Assembly (NCBI GenBank): GCA_965206595.1 | Contig: OZ242214.1 | Location: 3,744,001-3,808,000, forward strand | Direction: 5' to 3' | Length of the DNA stretch: 64,000 nucleotides | Source: Candidatus Latescibacterota bacterium | Lineage (GTDB): Bacteria > Latescibacterota > UBA2968 > UBA8231 | Shown here: one piece after another, positions 8,607 to 17,640 of the stretch | Numbering within the stretch: the stretch's first letter is position 1 | Layout of the letters: each line of letters starts with the position of its first letter | The notes under the pieces: model-generated | Told to the model about the DNA's origin: nothing | Database searches by the model: none | What the model saw: the letters and a program-made list of their open reading frames with translations, nothing else | Translations under genes and position numbers: made by a program

Positions 8607-11339
8607 CTATTCGAAGTACAGCTGCAGGAACACTTCTTTCGATGACGCGGATCGACGGCTGAGAGCGCTCCGGGCGTCTATGCTTTGGCGACGGAACCCG
8701 AGGTTGAGACGCACGTCATATCCGGAGTAATTCCCGCGATTCTGAAACAAGAACACCTGACTCATCGCATCGTGCTCGACGAAGGGCCAGGCGACATTCC
8801 GAAACCGCTCCTTCAGCATCGGAAAGCCCTGGATTCCCACTCGCAATACATTGCCCCAGGTCACTGCGTAATCCATCCGGAGGATGGGTATCACATGGCG
8901 CGTGTGCAGGAGTGGATGCCGTCCCGAAGACGGTACCTTTCTGTGCTCGGTCAGAAACTTGAACATGGGCATGACCGTGAGCTGCCCGAGCTTCCACTCG
9001 TAGTCAGCTCGCGCTACAAACGCTCGCCAACGATCCCGACTCTTCTCCTGAACCGACCCGTCGTCGAACTCCGTGCGCCGACGGTCATTGACTTCATAAC
9101 GCAGCTTGGACGACACATTCAGATGGGGGATACCCGTGAACCTCGTCTCCACGAACACCAGGTTGACCAGGCTGTTGCGCATGGGCAGCGTATCCGGCTG
9201 GATTGCGCCCTCCGCGTCGAAGCCAGCAAACTGCAGGTCCCCTCCCCGGATGTCCGCCGGTATGTCGTCGTTCACCCGTTTGACCCTGTAATACACATCG
9301 ATCCTACCCATCCCCTCGCGTCCAACCCCATAGTGCAGCTTCGAATACAGCACCCTGTTGCGCCCCCCACCCGTGGTGCTCCTGAGGCGATACCAGCCGA
9401 CCGAATTCTGTAGCGTGGGAGTCAGGTCGAGCCGGGCGAACAGATGCCGTCCGCGCCGATCCAGATCGTACGGGTAGTCGGGACGGTTGTCGTCCTGTCG
9501 GACATCCACTGTCCCGTTGTTGTCGAAGTCGTCGCCGTACGTGTATCCATCCGGATCCACATAGTACATCAGGAACGGCTCCCGGTAGTCCGGAATCTGG
9601 TTGTCGTTGACGTTCGTATCGATAATTCCATCGCCATCCTCGTCCAGCCCGGGAAAAATCCCGTCCCCGTCGCGCGGATCCCGGCTGTTCGGCCATTCGT
9701 CATCGTCCGGCCATTCATCCTGGTCATCGTTGTCCTCGACCAGATGGTAGAGCTTCGCGACCGCGTTGGGCGATCCCGGATCCACAGCCTCCAACGAGGT
9801 CCTGTAGGTCGAAGGGAGATCGAACAGCTCAGCACCTACATGGGCCCGAAAGAAACGGCGTGAAGCGTTGACGAAGTAGGCTTGCGTGCTCTGCTTGTGC
9901 CACGCCCCCGAGATGCCGGGATAGGTATAGTACCCCACGTTGTTCACGACCTCCCCACGAATCACGGCGCCGAGAATATCGAGTTCAGCGTCTGTCCCAT
10001 ACGTCGCCAGGCCCGTGGGAAACCCGTAATCGAAGGATACCCAGCCCAGATTGGAACGGTCGCGCACGTTGCCCACCGCACGTCGGACATTGTGCCAATC
10101 CGCCCAGTACCCCACGCGCGTAGCCACATCGATCGAGTAGTCGTTTGCTACCAGAGCCCGGAATTGAACCGAACGTGCCTGCGGGGGTATCTGATATTTG
10201 AACAGGATTACATCGGTGCCGCTGGCCTCCAGGGGCTGTCCCCCGGTCAGCGCTACCGGCTGGGGAGGGGGGCCGTGGCGTGGATTCCCCGTCCTGTCGT
10301 CGGCCCCCCTCTGTCTCAGAATCGCTTCCAGACGCGAAAGAGGACCTATGTCAGTGTTGTGGCTGAGCGCCTCAGGCAGCCATGGCCCGTCGGCACGCAC
10401 GTAGGACAGTAATTGAGTCCGAAGCGGCAATTTTTCTATGACGAGCGGACTCGCCTTGGTATACGAATGGATTTGTGGTATCAACACCGCCTCGGGCTGG
10501 AGGTTCGCGCGCACCCCGTCGATGTAAACCTCCAATGCGTGGACTTGTGCACCAGACCCATCCCCCGGACTGTCATCACTGAAGATCACATACAGCTCCT
10601 CTAACGGACCTCCCCCACCCAAATCAACAGGAACCACCCCGCGCTGAATACGCCCCCCCTTGCGCCGAGTAGCATCACTGCGGAAGGTGGTCACGTAAGA
10701 AAGCCCCATCGTCAGGAGATCTCCGACGGTGTTTTCCCACCGACCCCCGAACAGATAGGTCGAATGCCGATCCGCACCCACATCCTCGGTACGTGGGGCG
10801 GGGTTGGAGATCCTGGACCCCAGAACGGTGAAGCGGTTGCGCCGGGTGGCCCCATCCCACCGAATCCCGCTGAACCGCGCCCGGCTGAACGTCAGCGAGG
10901 TGAACTTGGTGCGTATCGCATGCCCGATGAGGACGCGATTGGACCACCCGCCGAAGTCATCCCTGGCGATCATCAAGTTCTGGAAAATGCTGTTTGACAG
11001 ATCGCTCTCGAAGAGAAGACTCCCCCGGCTCGGCGCGATGCCGCGGAACTCCTGCAGGCGAAACAGGTCCAGGCCATCCGCAAGGTAATTGCCGAACGGA
11101 TCGTACTGTCTACGCTCCAGCTCCAGCGTAAAGCCATCGACTGGAGCGGTGTCCCTGGTCCCGCCGCCTCCCGTTCCCAGAATCGGCTGCAGCGCATCCC
11201 GATACCCGATCGATCCGTAGTTCTCGTACGCCTCCCCCCACAGGGGGTAGTAGTCCCTGGAGATGAACTGCCCCGAAGCCCCCGAGGCGAGGACGAACAG
11301 GACCCATGGCACCATGATGGAGAGCCTTCGAAAACGCAC
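8607..11339 (-). CDS. Secreted/outer-membrane protein, paralog 1 (~910 aa)
   Basis: Likely GTG start at 11339 after GGGAG. Signal peptide MRFRRLSIMVPWVLFVLASGASG-Q, the same YENYG/DPFGN/ALVANDY/SNLGWVxFDYG/Asp-rich motifs, and C-terminus EVFLQLYFE resembling a beta-signal. Confidence 0.85.
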   Translation of the reverse strand: MRFRRLSIMVPWVLFVLASGASGQFISRDYYPLWGEAYENYGSIGYRDALQPILGTGGGGTRDTAPVDGFTLELERRQYDPFGNYLADGLDLFRLQEFRGIAPSRGSLLFESDLSNSIFQNLMIARDDFGGWSNRVLIGHAIRTKFTSLTFSRARFSGIRWDGATRRNRFTVLGSRISNPAPRTEDVGADRHSTYLFGGRWENTVGDLLTMGLSYVTTFRSDATRRKGGRIQRGVVPVDLGGGGPLEELYVIFSDDSPGDGSGAQVHALEVYIDGVRANLQPEAVLIPQIHSYTKASPLVIEKLPLRTQLLSYVRADGPWLPEALSHNTDIGPLSRLEAILRQRGADDRTGNPRHGPPPQPVALTGGQPLEASGTDVILFKYQIPPQARSVQFRALVANDYSIDVATRVGYWADWHNVRRAVGNVRDRSNLGWVSFDYGFPTGLATYGTDAELDILGAVIRGEVVNNVGYYTYPGISGAWHKQSTQAYFVNASRRFFRAHVGAELFDLPSTYRTSLEAVDPGSPNAVAKLYHLVEDNDDQDEWPDDDEWPNSRDPRDGDGIFPGLDEDGDGIIDTNVNDNQIPDYREPFLMYYVDPDGYTYGDDFDNNGTVDVRQDDNRPDYPYDLDRRGRHLFARLDLTPTLQNSVGWYRLRSTTGGGRNRVLYSKLHYGVGREGMGRIDVYYRVKRVNDDIPADIRGGDLQFAGFDAEGAIQPDTLPMRNSLVNLVFVETRFTGIPHLNVSSKLRYEVNDRRRTEFDDGSVQEKSRDRWRAFVARADYEWKLGQLTVMPMFKFLTEHRKVPSSGRHPLLHTRHVIPILRMDYAVTWGNVLRVGIQGFPMLKERFRNVAWPFVEHDAMSQVFLFQNRGNYSGYDVRLNLGFRRQSIDARSALSRRSASSKEVFLQLYFE

Positions 11340-11629
11340 GGATGCTCCCTGGGTCAGAGGTCCACAAGAATGAATTGAGGAGCGAAATACCATACGGCCC
11401 TTGAGGAATTCGCGGTCACTCCTGACTCCCCGGTGAGGGCGCCTGGGGAGCGAACAGTCAACTGCAGGGGACGAATGCTGTCCGGGGCAAATGAGTTTCC
11501 ATGGCAAGAGGGTCGATGAGCCGGGATGGATCGGCGCTCGTGCAGAAACGGGAATTAAGCCAGGCAGCACTTGATCCATCCCTCGAGATTACGTGCAAAG
11601 CGCGGGCCGCCCCCACGGCCGGAAGAAGC

Positions 11630-13699
11630 TTAGTACACGAGGCCTACGGTGCCGACGCGTCGCTCATCCCCTTCATCCGCTTCCACCAGCAACTCATACA
11701 GATAAATCCCCGGAGGCACGACGTTTCCGTGGGAATCTGTTCCATCCCAGCGACCCGGCGGGGACTGCGAACCGCCGTCATACCGTCGCGCAGACAGTGG
11801 ACCGGCGTGCAACTCCCGGACAAGCGATCCGTCCAAAGAGAAAACCCGAACCGATACGGGGGCACCTTCCGCCTTGGCCAGCGTGAAAACGATGGTAGCC
11901 TGGTCGTTCCTGCCATCCCCGTTCGGCGTGAAAATGGCGGGCTGTGCCTGCGCGTCTATTAACACTTGACCCAACACTTGAGGGGCGGAAACCAACCATC
12001 CTCCCTCCTGCACATCTTCGACCACGTTCTGCGGATTTTCCGAATCCAGCGCGAGCAGCTGGGCGCTCCAGGAGTGAGCAATCGTGTAAATCGCGGCCCT
12101 CATATGAATCGACAACTGCACATCCTCGTTCAATGGAGGATCGAAAGGGATCTCCAACCCCCTGTCGGTCATTCCGGCGCCAACCACCTCACTGCCAGTG
12201 CCTTCCAGCCCGTCGACGGGTGAAACGGGGTCGAGCGTCACCGGTCCCGGAACCGCGATGATCAGCCGCTCAACACCACTGTTCTGCCCGGAAATCTCCA
12301 AATCAAGATCGTACGTGAAGGTCGTATCCCTCCCCATCTCCACACTCAGCGGCGAAATCCGCCCCGAGGCTGATCCGGCGGGCACGTCATCCACAGAGGA
12401 TTCCACCGTGATACTCCGAAACCGGGGGGTCACGCCCTCCACGCTCGTCGACAGTCGTACCCGGTATTGGAACTGGCCCGCGGGCTCGGGCGCCTCGACG
12501 AAGGTATTGCTGTCCTCGTACGCGTATTCCCTCGTCCACGCACTCCACTCGCCGTCTACCATCGTCCTGAATTGGAGAGCTATCGAGGTACCGACGGGCA
12601 CGTCCGCCTCCCAGGTGATCCTGCCGATGTTCTTCGCCCCCTGTTCGCCGAGATCCAGGGGCTCGGATTGGAACGTCCCGACGGCACTGTAGGCCTCACC
12701 ATACACCTCGATCTCGGCCACATCCGGCGAACTGACCCCGTCAATCTCGGCGACTACAATCCGTATGTATCGTGCCAGGGCGGGCTCGAAACGGACCGAG
12801 GTCTCCTCGTACTCGGTGATCCCGTGCAGAACCGCGACTTCCGACCAGCGAAACTGGTCTTCGCTCACCTGAACCGAATACCCCTTCAGGGAATTGATGA
12901 AATAGCTACCCGACCTGCCTGAGGGTGCCTTGGTTATCACCCGGACCCCGCTCACCCTGCGAACCTCCCGCAGGTCCATGCTCACATGCTTGTTCAGGGC
13001 ATTCGCACCGGGTGTCCACGAACTGGTCAGCACCCCATCGTTGGCTTCCAGGACGCTGGAGGGCTGCCCCAAAGCCAGATTCCGACCATCAATCGAGCTC
13101 AGCGCAATCCCCCCTTCCGCAGTTCCGATGTCCACGTCTCCAGGATAACCCGCCACAGGCACAACCGATGGATTCGTACGCCCCGCTATCTGCGTCGGAT
13201 CCAGGGTGCCGGACTGAACCAGCGGGGCCTTGCTCCAGTCCACCTCAGCCAGGTCCGGATCCTCGCTGGACCATCGCCATGCCCCCTCCCGTTCCTCCCG
13301 ATTCCCCAACTTCGTGCCCGTGTGCTGCACACCGGTCTCCAGCTCCACCAGCAGCCCGCTCCCGTTCCCATTCCCCTCACTGGTCACTCGCACTAGTATT
13401 TCATTGGTGCCCCGGTCGACCGATATCTGATAGGTCTCCATCGTCGTCCAGTCGTCGTCGGACCCGATAGTCGTACCATTGAGCCACAGCTCGTACCGAT
13501 CCACCGCGGTCAGCCGTATCGCCCCATCACCCGCTACATCGGCTTCGAACTCGCTATAGTACCATGCCGTATTGTCCCAGGAGGCCTCCCGGCACACCCC
13601 CGAATCGCACTCCATCTCCGACGCGACATGCGCCGGTACGGTGAGAAGGAAAACCGATAGACTCAGGTTCCTGAGCTGCTCGTGGCTGCGCTTCATCAT
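11630..13699 (-). CDS. Secreted protein with F5/8-type (discoidin-like) domain and C-terminal FlgD-Ig/CHU_C-like domain
   Basis: Signal peptide; NLALGQP...YSVQVSED..RW...ARYIRI...EIEVY discoidin pattern; C-terminal FTPNGDGRND...WDGTDSHGNVVPPGIYLY. Confidence 0.8.
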   Translation of the reverse strand: MMKRSHEQLRNLSLSVFLLTVPAHVASEMECDSGVCREASWDNTAWYYSEFEADVAGDGAIRLTAVDRYELWLNGTTIGSDDDWTTMETYQISVDRGTNEILVRVTSEGNGNGSGLLVELETGVQHTGTKLGNREEREGAWRWSSEDPDLAEVDWSKAPLVQSGTLDPTQIAGRTNPSVVPVAGYPGDVDIGTAEGGIALSSIDGRNLALGQPSSVLEANDGVLTSSWTPGANALNKHVSMDLREVRRVSGVRVITKAPSGRSGSYFINSLKGYSVQVSEDQFRWSEVAVLHGITEYEETSVRFEPALARYIRIVVAEIDGVSSPDVAEIEVYGEAYSAVGTFQSEPLDLGEQGAKNIGRITWEADVPVGTSIALQFRTMVDGEWSAWTREYAYEDSNTFVEAPEPAGQFQYRVRLSTSVEGVTPRFRSITVESSVDDVPAGSASGRISPLSVEMGRDTTFTYDLDLEISGQNSGVERLIIAVPGPVTLDPVSPVDGLEGTGSEVVGAGMTDRGLEIPFDPPLNEDVQLSIHMRAAIYTIAHSWSAQLLALDSENPQNVVEDVQEGGWLVSAPQVLGQVLIDAQAQPAIFTPNGDGRNDQATIVFTLAKAEGAPVSVRVFSLDGSLVRELHAGPLSARRYDGGSQSPPGRWDGTDSHGNVVPPGIYLYELLVEADEGDERRVGTVGLVY

Positions 13700-13736
13700 T
13701 CGGACCGCCTCGAAATCACCCAAAAAATCCCCTTGG

Positions 13737-13779
13737 AAAAAAGAGGAGGTGGAGGAAGGACATGGCCCTCCTCCACCTC
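13737..13779 (-). terminator. Rho-independent terminator after the 666-aa gene
   Basis: 11-bp inverted repeat GAGGTGGAGGA (13746-13756) / TCCTCCACCTC (13769-13779), followed on the minus strand by CTCTTTTTT. Confidence 0.75.
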
Positions 13780-13802
13780 GGTTACACGATCGGCGACTCT
13801 CT

Positions 13803-15803
13803 TTACTTGAGCAGGGTCATCTTCTTGGCCTGCTCGTGGTCCCCGACCTTCAAACGGTAGAAATAGATGCCGCCGCCAACGGCCTTTCCGCCGTCGTCGT
13901 TCCCGTTCCAACTGGTGCGATAGGACCCCGCCGACATGAACTGGTTAACCAGCGTGGACACTATCTGGCCCTGGCTGTTGAGTATCATCAACTTGGCATG
14001 GCCATCGGTGGGAATGGCGAACTCGATCGTCGTCTGCGCATTGAATGGGTTGGGGTACGCATCGCCCAGGTCAACCGCGTCCGGCGTTGCAGCGGACGTT
14101 TCCACGACCGCGGTCTCGACATCACCGATCAGAGCCTGCTCGATCCGGAAGGGCCAATGAGCGACCTGATAACCACCGAACTCGTCGTTCCAACCTGTCG
14201 CCCCTTCCTCCGCGGGCTTCTCGGCGGTCAGGATATAGAGTCCGTCCCAGTCAGACTGCTCGTGGATCATGTTCGTCCCCGAACCAGTCGCCTCGTGATT
14301 ACTGAGCGGAATATTGGGGCCCTGGGCGTGGAAGATCCCGGCGCCATCGGGGCCGTAGACCGCTCCGTAGGCCGGCTGGCGGGACATGTCTCCCTTCGAG
14401 CCCTCAGTCATGAAGACGAATCCCGGGATTGCCCCACCAGAGATGGAGACCGAATGGGACTCACCATCCGTCACAGGCTCAACACCCAGCGCCTGGGCTT
14501 CGCCAGCCCAGATGTTGTCATTGAAGCCGTCCCCAGTGTGGTTCTGGTAAATGAGGTCGCCGTCCCAGTCGACTTTGATCGGAACCCAAGGGATCGAACT
14601 TGGACCCCAACCGCCAGCGGACATGACGAACCCTTCATCGTCGATCGATATGCAGTTGATCATGCTCGCCGCGAGAGCCGTTTCGGTAACTTCCGGGTCG
14701 TGGCCGAATTGCTCCCACACCATGTAATCGGAGACGTCGATGATGTCGGTGACTTCGCCCGAGCTGGAATCCAGCTGGTAGATACCGGCGGACGGGGGAT
14801 CGTTGAACCACCCGTTGCCCATGTACAGGAAACCCTCGTAGTACTGCAGGGAGAAGAAGAAAGTGCCGTCATCGCCCTGGGCGATATTCTCCCCTGTTTG
14901 CCAGCTATTCGGTGGTTCCCCGAAGCCGGCCATGGGCTCGGAGGTCTGCGAATCCCAGTCTACGGTAACGCCGATGACGCCTACGCCGGCATAGCCGTAC
15001 ATCCAGTTCCTGGAGAAATCTTCAGGATCGATGGCCACGCCATGTGCCTGGCCACTCAGGATCTGTACCGGATCCCCGTCGTCGTTGGTCAAGCCGTAAT
15101 CCGGCAATTCGGTTGTGTATGCGGAGAGGATGTCGAAGGGATCGTCGGCATCCAGCCAGTTCCCCGGGGGGATCGGATACAGTGTGAAGCCGCCACCCAT
15201 ACCGCCGAGGAGGTGGCTTCTCGGCCCGCCCAGATCGTTATTGCAACATCCACCCAAACGGGCGGGGACCATGTGCATGTATCCCTGGCCCTGCATGACC
15301 TTCACCTCGGAGCTGCGCATCCGGAATCCGTAACCCGTGACGGCAACCCAGTTGGCGTCGGTGATGTTGTCGTAGCCCAGAACATAGAGGGTGTAGGTGC
15401 CAGGCTCGACGTCCTCTCCGGCCCAATCCGTGCCATCCCACAGGCAGGAATGCGATCCCACGTCAAACTGGCCGCACTCGACCACTTTCACCACGTTGGG
15501 GATCCCCTCCCTGCGAAGCAGCGCGTGGCCGCCATTCCATTCGGGTCTACCCGGGCCGCCGAAACCACCTGGAGTGGGCTGGTCCTTGGTGTAAATCGCC
15601 AGGTAGACCGTGGCTTGGGTACCCGACAGAGTAAAGGGAACCTCCGCGTTGCCGCTGAAATCGTAACTCACATTGCTCACTTCAATCCCGAGCATCGTGA
15701 GATCCTCGCTCCGCACGTACTCGTAGCCAGCGGTCCCCGCGTACGTCAGGGACGCACAGAGGGTGAGGATGACCACGGACATCAAAGTCAATTTGACTCT
15801 CAT
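13803..15803 (-). CDS. Acidic secreted protein with N-terminal FlgD-like and C-terminal T9SS-type-A/FlgD-Ig domains
   Basis: Signal peptide LTYA-G; WDGTDWAGEDVEPGTY near the N-terminus; AYPNPFNAQTTIEF...WNGNDDGGKAVGGGIYFYRL...KKMTLLK at the C-terminus. Confidence 0.85.
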   Translation of the reverse strand: MRVKLTLMSVVILTLCASLTYAGTAGYEYVRSEDLTMLGIEVSNVSYDFSGNAEVPFTLSGTQATVYLAIYTKDQPTPGGFGGPGRPEWNGGHALLRREGIPNVVKVVECGQFDVGSHSCLWDGTDWAGEDVEPGTYTLYVLGYDNITDANWVAVTGYGFRMRSSEVKVMQGQGYMHMVPARLGGCCNNDLGGPRSHLLGGMGGGFTLYPIPPGNWLDADDPFDILSAYTTELPDYGLTNDDGDPVQILSGQAHGVAIDPEDFSRNWMYGYAGVGVIGVTVDWDSQTSEPMAGFGEPPNSWQTGENIAQGDDGTFFFSLQYYEGFLYMGNGWFNDPPSAGIYQLDSSSGEVTDIIDVSDYMVWEQFGHDPEVTETALAASMINCISIDDEGFVMSAGGWGPSSIPWVPIKVDWDGDLIYQNHTGDGFNDNIWAGEAQALGVEPVTDGESHSVSISGGAIPGFVFMTEGSKGDMSRQPAYGAVYGPDGAGIFHAQGPNIPLSNHEATGSGTNMIHEQSDWDGLYILTAEKPAEEGATGWNDEFGGYQVAHWPFRIEQALIGDVETAVVETSAATPDAVDLGDAYPNPFNAQTTIEFAIPTDGHAKLMILNSQGQIVSTLVNQFMSAGSYRTSWNGNDDGGKAVGGGIYFYRLKVGDHEQAKKMTLLK

Positions 15804-15975
15804 CTCATGCTCCTTGGTTCTACCAGATGAATAGTAACGCCTCCACCGAACTGTGAATCCGGCAAAGACCGCTTGCTGCCTCCTCTACTGACTGAAGATT
15901 ACTTACCGGATCTCCTCCTTTCTGCTTCTTCCGGTAACCAATCGGTTTAAGTGACATCGTACTCGCCTGCTTGCC

Positions 15976-16533
15976 CTACGACGTTCCGGGCACTATCACA
16001 AAATCATAGCCTTTGACGGTGACATTCTTCACCTGCGAACTGACCGTCAAGCGATGGTACTCCTCGAAGGGATACCACTTCTTGACCCCGGTTTCGGGTA
16101 CCAGGACCGCCGGCTCCTCCTCTGGCGGCTCGACTCCGATAATCCTGAAGGCCTCTGTCTCGTCGAAAGGGTCCATCTTTTGGAAACCGTAGTTCACGTA
16201 AGCGCACAAACTGTCCTTGATGATCGCGAAAACCTTCACCCCCTTCAGATCGTTCCATTTGGCATTCCCGTACGGCTGATTCCCCAACTGCGGGCGATAG
16301 GCGTCAGGTTCCCCGAAGCGAGCGACCAGTTCCTCCACGCTGCTGCCGAGCACGAAGTGGACATCGAGGTAGGTCTCGCCTTCGGCATCCCTCGCCGCCT
16401 TGAAGGCTGCAATTTTCGCACCTTCGTCCTGTGCGACTTCCTCGCTCTCGGAACAAGAAACGAGTTGAATTCCGCAACAGCTTAATGCGAAAACACCTCG
16501 AATTAATGCGAAAACACCTTGAGTTCCAAGCAC
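15976..16533 (-). CDS. Hypothetical protein, probable lipoprotein
   Basis: 185-aa ORF co-oriented behind the exbD genes; hydrophobic N-terminus with LVSC lipobox-like motif; start uncertain. Confidence 0.6.
   Translation of the reverse strand: MLGTQGVFALIRGVFALSCCGIQLVSCSESEEVAQDEGAKIAAFKAARDAEGETYLDVHFVLGSSVEELVARFGEPDAYRPQLGNQPYGNAKWNDLKGVKVFAIIKDSLCAYVNYGFQKMDPFDETEAFRIIGVEPPEEEPAVLVPETGVKKWYPFEEYHRLTVSSQVKNVTVKGYDFVIVPGTS
16482..16519. repeat. Short tandem repeat TTAATGCGAAAACACCT x2 (period 21)
   Basis: 16482-16498 and 16503-16519; encodes GVFAL twice in the signal region. Confidence 0.85.
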
Positions 16534-16558
16534 TAATTTTCCCGAATACCCCTGCGGA

Positions 16559-16987
16559 TCAAGACGTTCCCAGCAGGGCCTCCGCTTTCTTTTCGGTAGC
16601 GAGCACGATCTTCTCGATCCCGATCCGCTTCGCCGTTTCCATCAGATCAAGGACCAGTCCGTGCCGGGTATCCTTGTCGGTGCGAATGATCAACGTCACC
16701 ACCCTCACCCCCTCCTTCTCCCGCGCCAGCACGCCCTCCAGGCTTTCCAGCGTCACGGGATGGCGGTTCACTTCCATCACTCCGGCGCGATCGATCGTGG
16801 CCACCAGCTTTTTTTCCTCGATCATCGCCGCCTCTTCCGCCTCTGGGAGCAACACCTTCAGACGGTAGGGCTCTTGGAACACCGTGGTCACCATGAAGAA
16901 AATCAGCAGCAGGAACACGCAATCGATCAACGGAGTCAACTCCATCTCCCCCGACTCGACACCGCCCTCCCGACGTTCCGGTCCCAT
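16559..16987 (-). CDS. exbD: Biopolymer transport protein ExbD/TolR
   Basis: ELTPLIDCVFLLLIFFMVTT TM motif with conserved Asp; IIRTDKDTRHG..LDLM periplasmic motif. Confidence 0.92.
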   Translation of the reverse strand: MGPERREGGVESGEMELTPLIDCVFLLLIFFMVTTVFQEPYRLKVLLPEAEEAAMIEEKKLVATIDRAGVMEVNRHPVTLESLEGVLAREKEGVRVVTLIIRTDKDTRHGLVLDLMETAKRIGIEKIVLATEKKAEALLGTS

Positions 16988-16989
16988 CT

Positions 16990-17403
16990 TCAGGATCCCT
17001 GCAACTTGGCGAAGGCGATCCCCTTCACACCCACCCCCCTCGCCGCATCCACAACCTCCACCACTCGAGATTGGGCGGCATCCCGGTCTCCCTGGATGAT
17101 CACGTTGTCGTTCCGATTCTCCACCATCGCTCGCTCTATCCGGGCCCGCAGCTGGCCAGGGAGTACTTCCTCACCGCCGATTTCGACGCGGCCGTCCCGT
17201 TCGACGATGATGTTGATATCCTTCTTTTCCTGCTGCTCAGTGGCTTGGGACGCCCTCGGCAAGTCGACATCCAGCCCCCGTGCATGTATGAAAACCGTGG
17301 TCACCATGAAGAAAATCAACAACAGAAAAACACAGTCGATCAGGGGGGTCAGATCCACCGTTTCTTCGGTGATGAAGCTCTGTTTCGCTCGGTGACGGGC
17401 CAT
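16990..17403 (-). CDS. exbD: Biopolymer transport protein ExbD/TolR
   Basis: VDLTPLIDCVFLLLIFFMVTT; VDLPRA; IIQGDRDA...VVEVVDAAR..GV. Confidence 0.92.
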   Translation of the reverse strand: MARHRAKQSFITEETVDLTPLIDCVFLLLIFFMVTTVFIHARGLDVDLPRASQATEQQEKKDINIIVERDGRVEIGGEEVLPGQLRARIERAMVENRNDNVIIQGDRDAAQSRVVEVVDAARGVGVKGIAFAKLQGS

Positions 17404-17640
17404 ACTCTCTTCGAGATCTCGACGATCTCACCCGTGTCGTGTCGACCTTGGGGGATGGTGGTTGTTTTTCGCATCCTCGCGGTGCCCGAGGTGGATCAGC
17501 AACGCGCCCGGAGCAAGGGGTCACTCCAATCGCCCGCTAATTCCACCATACGTACTGTACTCCATCCAATCTTGACATCCAAGGAAAAAAAACGGGGCAT
17601 CCATGGCGCCAAGCCGGCCGCAATGAGTACTATCGCCTCG

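Noticed and set aside
206-15830. Long plus-strand ORFs (206-1804, 3077-5137, 5990-7966, 13572-15830)
   Set aside because: Antisense shadows of real minus-strand genes, typical of high-GC codon usage; no motifs
17572-17577. TTGACA -35 hexamer in the divergent exbD/M28-FtsX spacer
   Set aside because: No convincing -10 element at 16-18 bp spacing
17071-17640. N-terminal extension of the 1790-aa ORF
   Set aside because: Overlaps exbD on the other strand; a signal-peptide-like sequence begins near 17641
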